64,000 nt of DNA from an uncultured Acidobacteriota bacterium (GTDB lineage Bacteria; Acidobacteriota; Thermoanaerobaculia; UBA5066; Gp7-AA6): contig CAWDSI010000005.1 in NCBI GenBank assembly GCA_963804915.1, forward strand, positions 135,917 to 199,916, given 5' to 3'. How positions within the stretch are numbered: position 1 is the first letter of the stretch; every line of letters begins with the position of its first letter. The position numbers were made by a program, and so were the translations under genes. Below the pieces are notes generated by a model. It did no database searches, was not told where the DNA came from, and worked only from the letters and a program-made list of their open reading frames with translations. This document shows, in pieces, positions 1 to 10,848 of the stretch.

Positions 1-1252
1 GCGTGATCGAGCCGCCCGAGTAGGTTCCGGTCAACACAGGCGCACCGAAGAAGTCGGCGGCGTTGCGCACCTCGAAGCCGTCGCCGGGCGAGAGGATCGA
101 GCTGACATTCACGGACACCGTGTTCTGCAGGTCCCAGTTGTAGATCGCGATGTTGGCCCGGCCGGCCTCGTAGGCGTTGGGACGAACGAAGACCTTCACG
201 CCGGTGGGCAGGGTCGATCCGTAGTAGGTATTGCTCGGGAAGGACGACTGGGAAAACCCCGAGATGGGTCCGACGAACGAGTTGCCCGTGATCAGCAGCG
301 AGCTGCAGCCGTTGATGTCGAGGGACTGGTTGCCGACGAGATAGTTGTTCGTGACGTCCGGGGATGTGCAGCCGGCGGCATAGCCGAGATCGTTCTTGCT
401 GGCGTAGTCCGAGTTGTACGTGTAGTTCGAGTTCAGCTTGGGATTGGCCGCGACGTTCTGGGTACCGCCCACGAGGATGTTGGCGTGCCAGCCGCCCGAG
501 AGCCCGCCGTTGTTGAAGGAGATGTTGCCCTGGAAGTCGAGGTTGTCCATGTGGCCGCCCTCGCCGTACGCGTGGATGCCCCAGCCGAACTGCTGGAACA
601 TGATGTTGTCGTAGATCTCCTTGGTCGTCGATCCCAGGTTCTGGGCGTAGATGCCATGGCCGTGGCCACGATCCGGCGAGTCCCAGCCGTTGTAGTAGAA
701 GACCGTGCCGTAGATGCGGGCTCCGCTGGCGGTCTCGCGGGTGAGCACGCCCTGGGACGTATCGTGGATGACCATGTTGATCATGCGCGTGCCGTCGCCC
801 GACAGGTGGATCGCGGTGCCCCGCCGGGGCGGCCAGCTCCCGTCCGGCGTCCATCGCGTGGGATCCGAGTTGAAGATCTCGAAGCCCCAGAACCAGGTGT
901 ACTTGCCCATGATGTTCAGCGTCACCTCGTTGCCGTTGTAGTTGCCGTCGATCCGGGCCCGCTCGCCGGGGTACTGGCGGACGATAATCGGCTCGGCTGA
1001 GGTCCCCACCAGATGGCTCGTGTAGGGCGGGGCATTGTAGATGCCTCCCCGCAGCCAGATCGTGTCGCCCGGCTGCACGGCGGAGGGCTGGTCCAGGGCG
1101 GTTTGCAGCTTCCAGGGATTGTTCAAGCTTCCGGTTCCGTTCGCGGCCGCCGTCGGAGAAACGTAGAACTCGGTCGCAAGAACGCGGTCGGCCCCGTAGA
1201 GCAGACCGAGCACGAGCAAAGTGTTGGCGAATCGTCGAATCTTGGTTGACAC
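1..1252 (-). CDS. Secreted right-handed beta-helix (pectin-lyase-fold / DUF1565-like) protein, paralog A; the C-terminal part lies beyond the window edge
   Basis: A continuous minus-strand frame runs from GTG (1252..1250) to position 1. It is missing from the ORF track only because no stop lies inside the window. My translation: VSTKIRRFANTLLVLGLLYGADRVLA (signal-like) TEFYVSPTAAANGTGSLNNPWKLQTALDQPSAVQPGDTIWLRGGIY...GHGHGIYAQNLG... The region is nearly identical at nucleotide level to 2190..3400 (paralog B). Confidence 0.7.
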   Translation of the reverse strand, partial: MSTKIRRFANTLLVLGLLYGADRVLATEFYVSPTAAANGTGSLNNPWKLQTALDQPSAVQPGDTIWLRGGIYNAPPYTSHLVGTSAEPIIVRQYPGERARIDGNYNGNEVTLNIMGKYTWFWGFEIFNSDPTRWTPDGSWPPRRGTAIHLSGDGTRMINMVIHDTSQGVLTRETASGARIYGTVFYYNGWDSPDRGHGHGIYAQNLGSTTKEIYDNIMFQQFGWGIHAYGEGGHMDNLDFQGNISFNNGGLSGGWHANILVGGTQNVAANPKLNSNYTYNSDYASKNDLGYAAGCTSPDVTNNYLVGNQSLDINGCSSLLITGNSFVGPISGFSQSSFPSNTYYGSTLPTGVKVFVRPNAYEAGRANIAIYNWDLQNTVSVNVSSILSPGDGFEVRNAADFFGAPVLTGTYSGGSIT

Positions 1253-1380
1253 TGTGCGAAGACTAACCTCGCGGGCCTCCAAAATGCGACTGGCCCGCGA
1301 GGCTTTCTTCGTACACTGCCCGCCTTCGGAACAAAAGCTGTCCTGGAGGACAGGATCCCGAAGCTCCTACGACGAGTCGA

Positions 1381-3443
1381 TCAGGGCGCCTCGTTCGGCA
1401 CGAAGGACAAGTCGTTCGTCACGATGACGCGGTCGACTCGCGTGTTCGTTTCGCGACCGCGGAACTCGAGCGTATGCGACCCCGCGGAGAGCGAGAACGT
1501 CCTCGGATTCAGCGTCAGGGGCACCCCCGTGCCGCCCCGTCCGTTCAGCCGCGTCCACTGCCAGTTCGGCGACCACGTGCCTTCTGCCGTGTCGTAGACG
1601 TCCTCGGTTCCCCCGTCCATCTTCACGAAGAACGAGTCTTCGGACGAGTTGGCAGACTTGACCCGGCACCAGACGACGTACGTGCCCGGACTCGGCACGC
1701 TGAAGGTCCAGTCGCCGGTGCCCGCGTTGGCGACCATCGTGCGGGCCAGCTTCCCGCCGAACGCGCCCGAGTCGTTGGCGCTCGCCATCGGGGACGTCAG
1801 GAGCGGAGCCTCGGCCTCGATGCGCAGGAGGACCTGGCTTCCTCCCGGCGTCGGGGTGCGCGTGCGGGTGGGCGTGCGCGTCGCCGTCCGCGAAGGAGTC
1901 CTGGTGGGGGTCCGACTCGGTGTCCGTGTGCGCGTGGGCGTCCGCGTGGGGGTCCGGCTCGGTGTCCGGGTCGCCGTAGCGGCCGGTCCCGTCGGGGTCT
2001 TCGTGGGCGTCCGGGTCGCGGTGCGCGTCGGCGTGCGAGTCGCCGTCGGCGCCCCCGCCGTATGCGTCGGGGTTGGCGCGCCACCCGGGGAGGCGGGGAG
2101 CAGGATGAAGGCATTGAACTCCGGGCCGGTCCGATTGGGAGCGACGACGCCGATGGGGGTCGCCACGGAGAGGTTGTTCATCGGCAGCGTGATCGAGCCA
2201 CCCGAGTAGGTTCCGGTCAGCACAGGCGCACCGAAGAAGTCGGCGGCATTGCGCACCTCGAAGCCGTCTCCCGGCGACAGGATCGAGCTGACGTTCACGG
2301 ACACCGTGTTCTGGAGGTCCCAGTTGTAGATGGCGATGTTGGCGCGGCCGGCCTCGTAGGCGTTGGGACGGACGAAGACCTTGACCCCGGTGGGCCGCGT
2401 CGAGCCGTAGTAGGTATTGCTCGGGAAGGACGACTCGGAAAACCCCGAGATCGGTCCGACGAACGAGTTGCCGGTGATCAGCAACGAGCTGCAGCCGTTG
2501 ATGTCGAGGGACTGGTTGCCGACGAGATAGTTGTTCGTGACGTCCGGTGACGTACAGCCGGCGGCATAGCCGAGGTCGTTCTTGCTGAGGTAGTCCTCGT
2601 TGTACGTGTAGTTCTGGTTGAGCTTGGGATTGGTCGCGACGTTCTGGGTACCGCCCACGAGGATGTTGGCGTGCCAGCCGCCCGAGAGACCGCCGTTGTT
2701 GAAGGAGATGTTGCCCTGGAAGTCGAGGTTGTCCATGTGGCCGCCCTCGCCGTACGCGTGGATGCCCCAGCCGAACTGCTGGAACATGATGTTGTCGTAG
2801 ATCTCCTTGGTGGTCGATCCGAGGTTCTGGGCGTAGATGCCGTGGCCGTGACCGCGATCCGGCGAGTCATAGCCGTTGTAGTAGAAGAGCGTGCCGTAGA
2901 TGCGGGCGCCGGTGGCGGCTTCGCCGGTGAGCACGCCCTGGGACGTGTCGTGGATGACCATGTTGATCATCCGCGTGCCGTCGCCCGACAGGTGGACGCG
3001 GTGCCCCGCCGGGGCGGACAGCTCCCGTCCGGCGTCCATCGCGTGGGATCCGAGTTGAAGATCTCGAAGCCCCAGAACCAGGTGTACTTGCCCATGATGT
3101 TCAGCGTCACCTCGTTGCCGTTGTAGTTGCCGTCGATCCGGGCCCGCTCGCCGGGGTACTGGCGGACGATGATCGGCTCGGCGGAGGTCCCGACCAGGTG
3201 GCTCGTGTAGGGCGGGGCGTTGTAGATGCCCCCCCGCAGCCAGATCGTGTCGCCCGGCTGCACGGCGGAGGGGTGGTCCAGGGCGGTTTGCAACTTCCAG
3301 GGACTGTTGAAGCTTCCGTTCCCGTTCGCGGCCGCCGTCGGTGAGACGTAGAAGTCGGCACCGAAGATCGTGGAGGCCGAGAGCAGCAACAGAAGGAGGC
3401 CGAGCCGGACGGGCACGCGGAAAGGTGGAAAAGTTTTGGACAT
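1381..3443 (-). pseudogene. Beta-helix protein paralog B with a Thr/Pro-rich linker and a C-terminal carbohydrate-binding-like module; the frame is broken by a 1-nt deletion (pseudogene or assembly error)
   Basis: ORF 2967..3470(-) carries the signal peptide MSKTFPPFRVPVRLGLLLLLLSAS and FYVSP..PGDTIWLRGGIY. ORF 1381..3039(-) carries the beta-helix repeats, the TP linker and a ~150-aa C-terminal module (LLRIEAEA..GTYVVWCRV..DSFFVKMDGG..). They overlap in different frames. Paralog A reads ggtggaTcgcgg (805..816) where this copy reads ggtggacgcgg (2991..3001). ATG 3443 sits directly before the signal peptide. Confidence 0.75.
1845..2095 (-). repeat. Thr-Pro-Arg/Ser low-complexity linker (imperfect [10 protein letters not shown] repeats) inside paralog B
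   Basis: The minus-strand translation reads ..[80 protein letters not shown].. The plus strand shows the mirror-image GVRVGVRL pattern (spurious ORF 1649..2209). Confidence 0.8.
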
Positions 3444-3578
3444 GAATCGGGCTCCGTAACGAGTTGACAAAATGGTTGACGGAGCGAGGCTAGTCGCCGC
3501 GGCGGTGCCGGGGCTACTGGTCAGGGAGTCCCCAGTACGTACAGGCAGGGGTTTTCGCCGGACCTGACCGAAGGGACA

Positions 3579-4313
3579 GTGGGTCCCTTGCAGCGCCGAG
3601 GCAAATCCCGTACCCTCGTGTCAGTGGTAAAAGCTTCGCGTCCGACCCGGCGGGCGACCGTCTGCCTGCTCGCATTCCATCCGCTGGTGCTCTCGGAGTT
3701 TCAGCGGCTCCTGGAAAACGAGTCGCTGGTCGTCCAGCCGAAGCGACTCGAGCCGGACCTCATCGCCGATCCCGCCAAGCTCAACGTGCCCAAGGCTGCG
3801 GTCTACGTCGTCGAGAGCCATGCGCACCGGCCGACGACGGAGGCGCTCGTCGTCGGAGTGCTGGGCCGCCAGCCCGGCGCCCGCGTGGTCGTGGTTGCCG
3901 AGACGTTCGACCAGTCGGCGGCGTTTCCGCTCCTGCGGCTCGGGGCGAAGGGGCTGCTCACGTTCGCCGAAGCCGCCGAGCAATTGCAGCGGGCGGTCGA
4001 GGAGGTCGCGGGCGGCGGCTTCTGGGTGCCGCGGAACCTGCTCTCGCGGTTCGTCGACGAGACGATTTCCTCCGTGCGGCGTCCCCGCGGCCCGGCCGGG
4101 CCGGCGCGGCTCTCACGCCGGGAGAAGGAAGTGCTCGACGCGCTCCTCGAGAACCTCTCCAACAAGGAGATCGCCGCGAAGCTCCACATGTCCGAGCGGA
4201 CGGCGAAGTTCCACGTCTCGAATCTCCTCGCGAAGTACGGCGTCCGCCGGCGCGCCGACCTGATCCTCCTGACCTACACGCAGCTCGACCGCCCGGTCGA
4301 CCGCCCCGTCTGA
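3579..4313 (+). CDS. LuxR/FixJ-type HTH transcriptional regulator with a degenerate receiver-like N-terminal domain
   Basis: 244-aa ORF. The C-terminal LuxR HTH reads LSRREKEVLDALLENLSNKEIAAKLHMSERTAKFHVSNLLAKYGV. The N-terminal ~130 aa have a receiver-like beta/alpha pattern but lack the acidic pocket (LLAFHPLV in place of DD, VYVVESH in place of the phospho-Asp). The start is uncertain: GTG 3579 or the in-frame GTGs near 3619. Confidence 0.7.
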   Translation: MGPLQRRGKSRTLVSVVKASRPTRRATVCLLAFHPLVLSEFQRLLENESLVVQPKRLEPDLIADPAKLNVPKAAVYVVESHAHRPTTEALVVGVLGRQPGARVVVVAETFDQSAAFPLLRLGAKGLLTFAEAAEQLQRAVEEVAGGGFWVPRNLLSRFVDETISSVRRPRGPAGPARLSRREKEVLDALLENLSNKEIAAKLHMSERTAKFHVSNLLAKYGVRRRADLILLTYTQLDRPVDRPV

Positions 4314-4326
4314 AGCGCGCGATCCC

Positions 4327-6132
<1,806 letters not shown>

Positions 6133-6206
6133 TCACTTTTGTCGATTCGGTTCGGATAATATGACAAGCGCCCTGCGGGCGGGGATCGGAATCCACTCGA
6201 ACACGC

Positions 6207-7160
6207 ATGACCGCTTACGACGTCTTCAACGGCGATGCCGACGGCCTCTGCGCTCTGCAGCAGTGGCGGCTGGCGGACCCGTCGCCGAGCACCCTCGTCA
6301 CGGGGGTGAAACGCGATATTCAGCTGCTTCGCCGGGTTTTTCCGCAGCCGGAAGACTCGGTCACGGTCATGGACGTGTCCCTGGACGTCAACCGGGAGGA
6401 CCTGATGCGGATCCTCGATTCCGGGGCGAAGGTCACCTATTTCGACCATCATTTCAGCGGCTCCGTTCCAAGCCACGAGGCTTTCCGACCCCACCTGAGC
6501 GAGTCCCGGGACGTCTGTACCAGCCTGCTGGTGGATGGCTTCTTGCAAGGCCAGTACCGACTGTGGGCGGTCGTAGGCGCTTTCGGCGACAATCTCGACG
6601 CCGTTGCGGAGCGTCTGGCTGCTCCGTTGCTCGACCCGGCCCGGATCGAGGCTTTGCGCGAACTGGGTCGCCTTCTCAACTACAACGGCTACGGACGCAC
6701 CGTCGAAGATCTTCACTTTCCGCCGGACCAGCTTCATGACCGGCTGCGTCCATACGGCAGTCCCTTCGACTTCCTGGCGGGGGGCGAGGTCCTTCGCCGG
6801 CTCCGAGAAGGCTACGCCTCGGACATGGCCCTCGCCGCCGATCTGACGCCGAAAGTCGACGGCGACCGGCTCCGCATCTACGTGCTCCCGGACGAGGCCT
6901 GGTCCCGGCGCGTCTCCGGAACGATGGGCAACGAGCTCGTTCGGCAGCGGCCGGACCTCGCGCACGCCGTGCTCGTGCCCAATACCGCGGACTGCTACCT
7001 GGTCACCGTCCGGGCGCCCGCGAACCGCCCGCAGCGCGCCGACGAGTTCTGCCGGAAGTTCGACACCGGAGGAGGCCGGGCCGCCGCCGCCGGGATCAAT
7101 CATCTGCCGCGGGTCCGGCTCGACGACTTCGTTCGACTCTTCCAGGAATCGTTTTCCTGA
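6207..7160 (+). CDS. DHH/DHHA1-family phosphoesterase (candidate pAp phosphatase, NrnA-like)
   Basis: 317-aa ORF with DHH-family motifs in the canonical order: FNGDADG (DxD), VMDVS, YFDHHF (DHH), and a C-terminal GGGRAAAAG (DHHA1 GGGH-like). It is transcribed divergently from the PAPS synthase gene. Confidence 0.6.
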   Translation: MTAYDVFNGDADGLCALQQWRLADPSPSTLVTGVKRDIQLLRRVFPQPEDSVTVMDVSLDVNREDLMRILDSGAKVTYFDHHFSGSVPSHEAFRPHLSESRDVCTSLLVDGFLQGQYRLWAVVGAFGDNLDAVAERLAAPLLDPARIEALRELGRLLNYNGYGRTVEDLHFPPDQLHDRLRPYGSPFDFLAGGEVLRRLREGYASDMALAADLTPKVDGDRLRIYVLPDEAWSRRVSGTMGNELVRQRPDLAHAVLVPNTADCYLVTVRAPANRPQRADEFCRKFDTGGGRAAAAGINHLPRVRLDDFVRLFQESFS

Positions 7161-7177
7161 ACGCTCCGGAGGTGCGC

Positions 7178-8091
7178 GTGACGGCAGGAACCGCTGACGG
7201 ATTACAGGTTCACATTCCTCCACGGCGTCCGCGTCCGATCGGGCACGAACTATCTCGGGAAGTTCATGAGCTGCAATCCCCACATCCAGCTCGTGCCTGC
7301 CGAAAAGGACGACCGACGAGTTTCCGCTCGTGCGCGACATGGACGCGTGGGAAAAGGCCTTCGCCACGTTCGTGAGCAAGTTCCCGGGCGACAAGTCGGA
7401 CTCTTCCAGTTCTCGCGCTTTCTCCCGCACTTCGGCTCCGCCTGGCTGGCGTACCTGATCGACACGTTCTCGCTTCAGCCCGGGCATGTCTTTCTCAAGG
7501 ACCCGAACGTCAATCACATCGACCGGTTCTTCGAGCTCTTTCCGGACGCGAAGTTGCTTCTCCTCGTCCGCGACGGCCGGGACAACGTCGCGTCCTCGGT
7601 GCGCGCCGCTCAGGCCAAGCGGAGGAGCGACACGCTGTCACCACCGGTCGAAGTCCAGGTGAATCGGCTGTTGCGGCGAGATTTCCTTTCGGCGGCGACG
7701 CGACTGGTCGTCGGCCGTCCGGAAGATCGTGAAATTCGACGAGCACTTCCGAGCGACTCCCTGGGCCGAGCGGTACCTGATCCTGCGATACGAAGACGTC
7801 TACCAGAACCCGAGGGAGTGGGCCAGCGCATATTCGCCTTCATGGAAGTTCCCTGCGACGAGGCCATCCTCCACGCGGTCGAGAACGCCGACGTCGTCGG
7901 GTCCTCGTTTTACAGCGCCTCCGAGAAGGAAGACGCCCGCAAGCCCAACTGGATCGCCACGCCCAAATCGGAGGCCTTTCAGCCGGTCGGGAGATGGAAA
8001 GCTGGAGCCCGCGGAGAAACGGGCCTTCAAGCGGATTGCCGGCCGTGAGCTGATTCGCATGGGCTACGAGAAGAGCCTGGACTGGGCATAG
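7178..8091 (+). pseudogene. PAPS-dependent sulfotransferase; the reading frame is broken several times
   Basis: Conserved pieces lie in alternating frames: FTFLHGVRVRSGTNYLGKF (5'-phosphosulfate loop, RSGT); FLKDPNVNHIDRFFELFPDAKLLLLVRDGRDNVASS; YLILRYEDVYQNPREW; MEVPCDEAILHAVENADVVGSSFY; and the C-terminal EKRAFKRIAGRELIRMGYEKSLDWA. ORF-track pieces 7172.., 7266..8048 and 7729..8091 cover them. GTG 7178 lies 5 nt after GGAGG. At least 4-5 frame changes are needed. Confidence 0.6.
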
Positions 8092-8117
8092 ACGGTAGAC
8101 GCGTGGCGCCCGGCGAA

Positions 8118-9789
8118 TCAGCTTCTCGAGAACATCTTCCGCAGCCGGCCGGAGAGCGCGTGGCCAACACGGCGCACCCTCTGCCGCTGCCGCCCGGGAT
8201 CGCGGAGAGCCACCTCGACGAGCGTCACCCCGTGGCTCGCCACGGCGCGGTGGAGGCTCTCCTCGGCGTCGTCCCCCGGCCGTTCGTAGCGCGCTCCGGC
8301 CGCTTGCGCGATCTCGCGAAAGTTTGGATTGTGCAGCTCGGTCCCGAAGGCGTGCCGCGTGGCCATGAGCTGCTGCTTGCGGATGAGGCCGTAGTGGCCG
8401 TCGTTGAACACGACGACCGTGAGGCGGACCCGCTCGCGCACGGCGGTCAGGAGCTCGAGCCCGGAGATTGAGAAGCCGCCGTCGCCCAGCAGGGCCACGA
8501 CCGGACGGTCGGGACGCGCGATCCTGGCCCCGATCGCGGCCGGCAGCGCGAAGCCCATCGACTGCAGGTCCGTCGGCAGGAGAAAGCTGCGCGGAGAGCG
8601 CGCCCGGAAGTGCCGCCGGGCCAGCATCTGGTGGAGCCCGGAGTCGAGCACGAGGCAGGATTCATCCGGCATCGCCCGGCGCAGGGCGGCGAAGAATTCC
8701 TCGACGGTGGGCGGGTCGAGGCCCCGGACCTTCGGCTCCCAGTTCGTGCGATAGCGCTCGAAGGCCCTCCGCTTCCAGGCCGCGATCTGCTCCTCCGTCC
8801 ATGCGGAGGCGGTTCGGCCGGGCGAGCTCGAGTGGTGATCCAGCAGCGTCCGGACGAGCCAGGGAACGTCCGGCGAGAAGGGTCATCGAGGCCGGATAGT
8901 TCGCGCCGAGAACGTCCTTCGACGCATCCACGTGGACCAGCTGTTCCCTGGGCAGCTTCAGCCGAAAGCCGTGAGCGCCGTTGTGCGAGAACTTGCAGCC
9001 GAGCGCGACCACCAGGTCGCAGGCGGCGACCAGCTCGTTGAGCGCGTCGGAGCTCCCGCGATCGAAGGGAACGACCCAGGGATGATCCTCGGAGAGGATG
9101 CCCCGAGCCGAGGTGGTGGTCACGACCGGGATGCGCAGAGACTCCACGAGCGCCGCGAGCTCGCTCGAGGCGCCGAATGCTCCCTGGCCGACGTAGAAGA
9201 GAGGCCGCCGCGCTTCGGCGAGCCGGAGCTCGAGGTCGCGAACCGGGATCGCCTGCGGTGGGATCGTCGGAACCGCAGCGGGCCGGGGCTCGCCGGCGTC
9301 GCTCCCGAGATCCACGGGAACGTGGAGAACCACCGGCCCGGGCTCGCCGGAGGTGCAGAGCGCGTAGGCCTCGGCCAGCGTCTCTTCGATGCGATCGAGC
9401 GAGCGGACGTCGAACACGCGCTTGACGAGCGGGGCCAGGATCGATCGCTGATCGAGGGCCTGAAGCTGGAACCGCCGATCGGCAACGGACGGCGGCTGCC
9501 CCAGGATGTGGAGCAGGGGCGTCGAATCGAGGAACGCCTCGGCGAGGCCGGTCAGGGCGTAGGTGAATCCGGGTCCGGGGATCGTGACGAGCACGCCGGG
9601 CCGGCCCGAGGCGCGCGCGTACCCGTTCGCCATGAAGGACGCCGCGAGCTCGTGCGTGGCGACGACCGTGCGCAACTTCGAAGTGCGCAGGGCGTCGAAG
9701 AGCGCGACGTTCTGCGAGCCCGGCAGGCCGAAGACGGTGTCGACCGCGAGCCCTTCGAGGGCGGCGCATAGGCGTTCGGCGCCCTTCAC
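8118..9789 (-). CDS. Thiamine-diphosphate-dependent enzyme (acetolactate-synthase/IlvB-like family); one frame change near 8885
   Basis: The N-terminal ThDP-enzyme domain reads VFGLPGSQNVALFDAL..THELAASFMANGYARASGRPGVLVTIPGPGFTYAL. The C-terminal ThDP-binding motif reads ALLGDGGFSISGLELLTAVRERVRLTVVVFNDGHYG. The tail of ORF 8662..11148 and ORF 8118..8672 are joined by my frame-shifted translation ..ASM/PFSPDVPWLVRTLLDHH..RRAMPDESCLVLDSG.. The GTG start at 9789 overlaps the upstream stop (GTGA). Confidence 0.75.
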
Positions 9790-10848
9790 CGCGCCGCCCT
9801 CCCCGGAAGCCTGCGCGCCGCCCGCCGTGCAAAGCGGCCGAGGTAAGTTCGGACCGAGCGGCCGGTCCGCTCGAGCCGGAACCGGGCCGACTCGGGCGCC
9901 TGGAGAAGGAAGCCCATCTGGAGGTCGCCTCCGAGCTGCGCCTTGAAGTGCGTGACCGGGTTCAGATCCGCGTCGGTGAGGTCGTTCGCCGTGAAGCCCA
10001 TCGCCGCGAGCCGCTTGAAGACGTTCCACCTGAGGAACGCCGTGGCGCCGAGTTTGCGGTGCGCGGCGTCGGCCGCCGCCGAAACGGTGTGCGTCACGGG
10101 ATGCGGGCCCAGCAGCACGAGCTGGGCCGAAATGGATTCGCCTCCGGGAAGCCGCGCATGGAAGAGGCGGGCGAGATTCTGTGAGCGCAGCCTTTCGAAG
10201 AAACGGCGAAACGCCGCCGCGGGAAGATAGATGCGCGCGCCCTTGCGCTCGTGGACCTGCGCGTGGAGGCGGAAGAACGCGTCGAAGTCGTCGTCCTCCG
10301 TGATCGAGAGTCCCTGCGACGCGCAGCGATCGACCAGCCGCCGGAGATTCTGCTCCGTTCGCGCCCAGAGAGCGTCCAGGTCCGACAGCGGCACGACGTA
10401 ACTGTACTGGGGACGGGCCGCCCATCCACTCGCCAGGAACACGCGGACGTCGGTCAGGGGGCTGCGGCAGCGCAGGAGGATCCGGCCGAGGCCGAGGCGG
10501 GCCAGGCCGGCACAGAGGGTCCGGAGGATCTCCGTCTGCCGTGCGGTCCGCTGGGAGGGGTAGCGAGTGTCGTAGGCGCGAAGGACGACGCCGTTGTAGT
10601 AGAGCAGCAGGCGCGGCGAAACGAAGCGTCCGGGAGCCCGATCCGCGCTCGTAGAGGCCGATCCCGCCGAGCAGCTCGTCTCCTCCGCGGACCGCCAGGA
10701 TGCGGAACCTCCCTCCCGCGGCTTCGCAGAGGGCGTCCAGGTATTCGGGCATGCCGTAGACGGAGCCCTCGGGCGACTTCGCCAGCAAACGGTTCCACTC
10801 CGGGAACGCGGCCTCGGCAAGGATTTGTGCGTCGGGCGTGAGCGTCAA
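9786..10848 (-). CDS. FemAB-like / GNAT-fold (BioF2-like, CelD-like) acyl- or aminoacyl-transferase; one frame change near 10630
   Basis: ORF 9786..10820 reads ..RLLLYYNGVVLRAYDTRYPSQ..ARIYLPAAAFRRFFERL..LGATAFLRWNVFKRLAAMGFTANDLTDADL..HFKAQLGGDL.. The N-terminal part (LTLTPDAQILAEAAFPEWNRLLAKSPEGSVYGMPEYLDALCEAAGGRFRILAV) lies in the frame of ORF 8662..11148. The TTG start (10848..10846) overlaps the ATP-grasp stop (TTGA). Confidence 0.55.
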
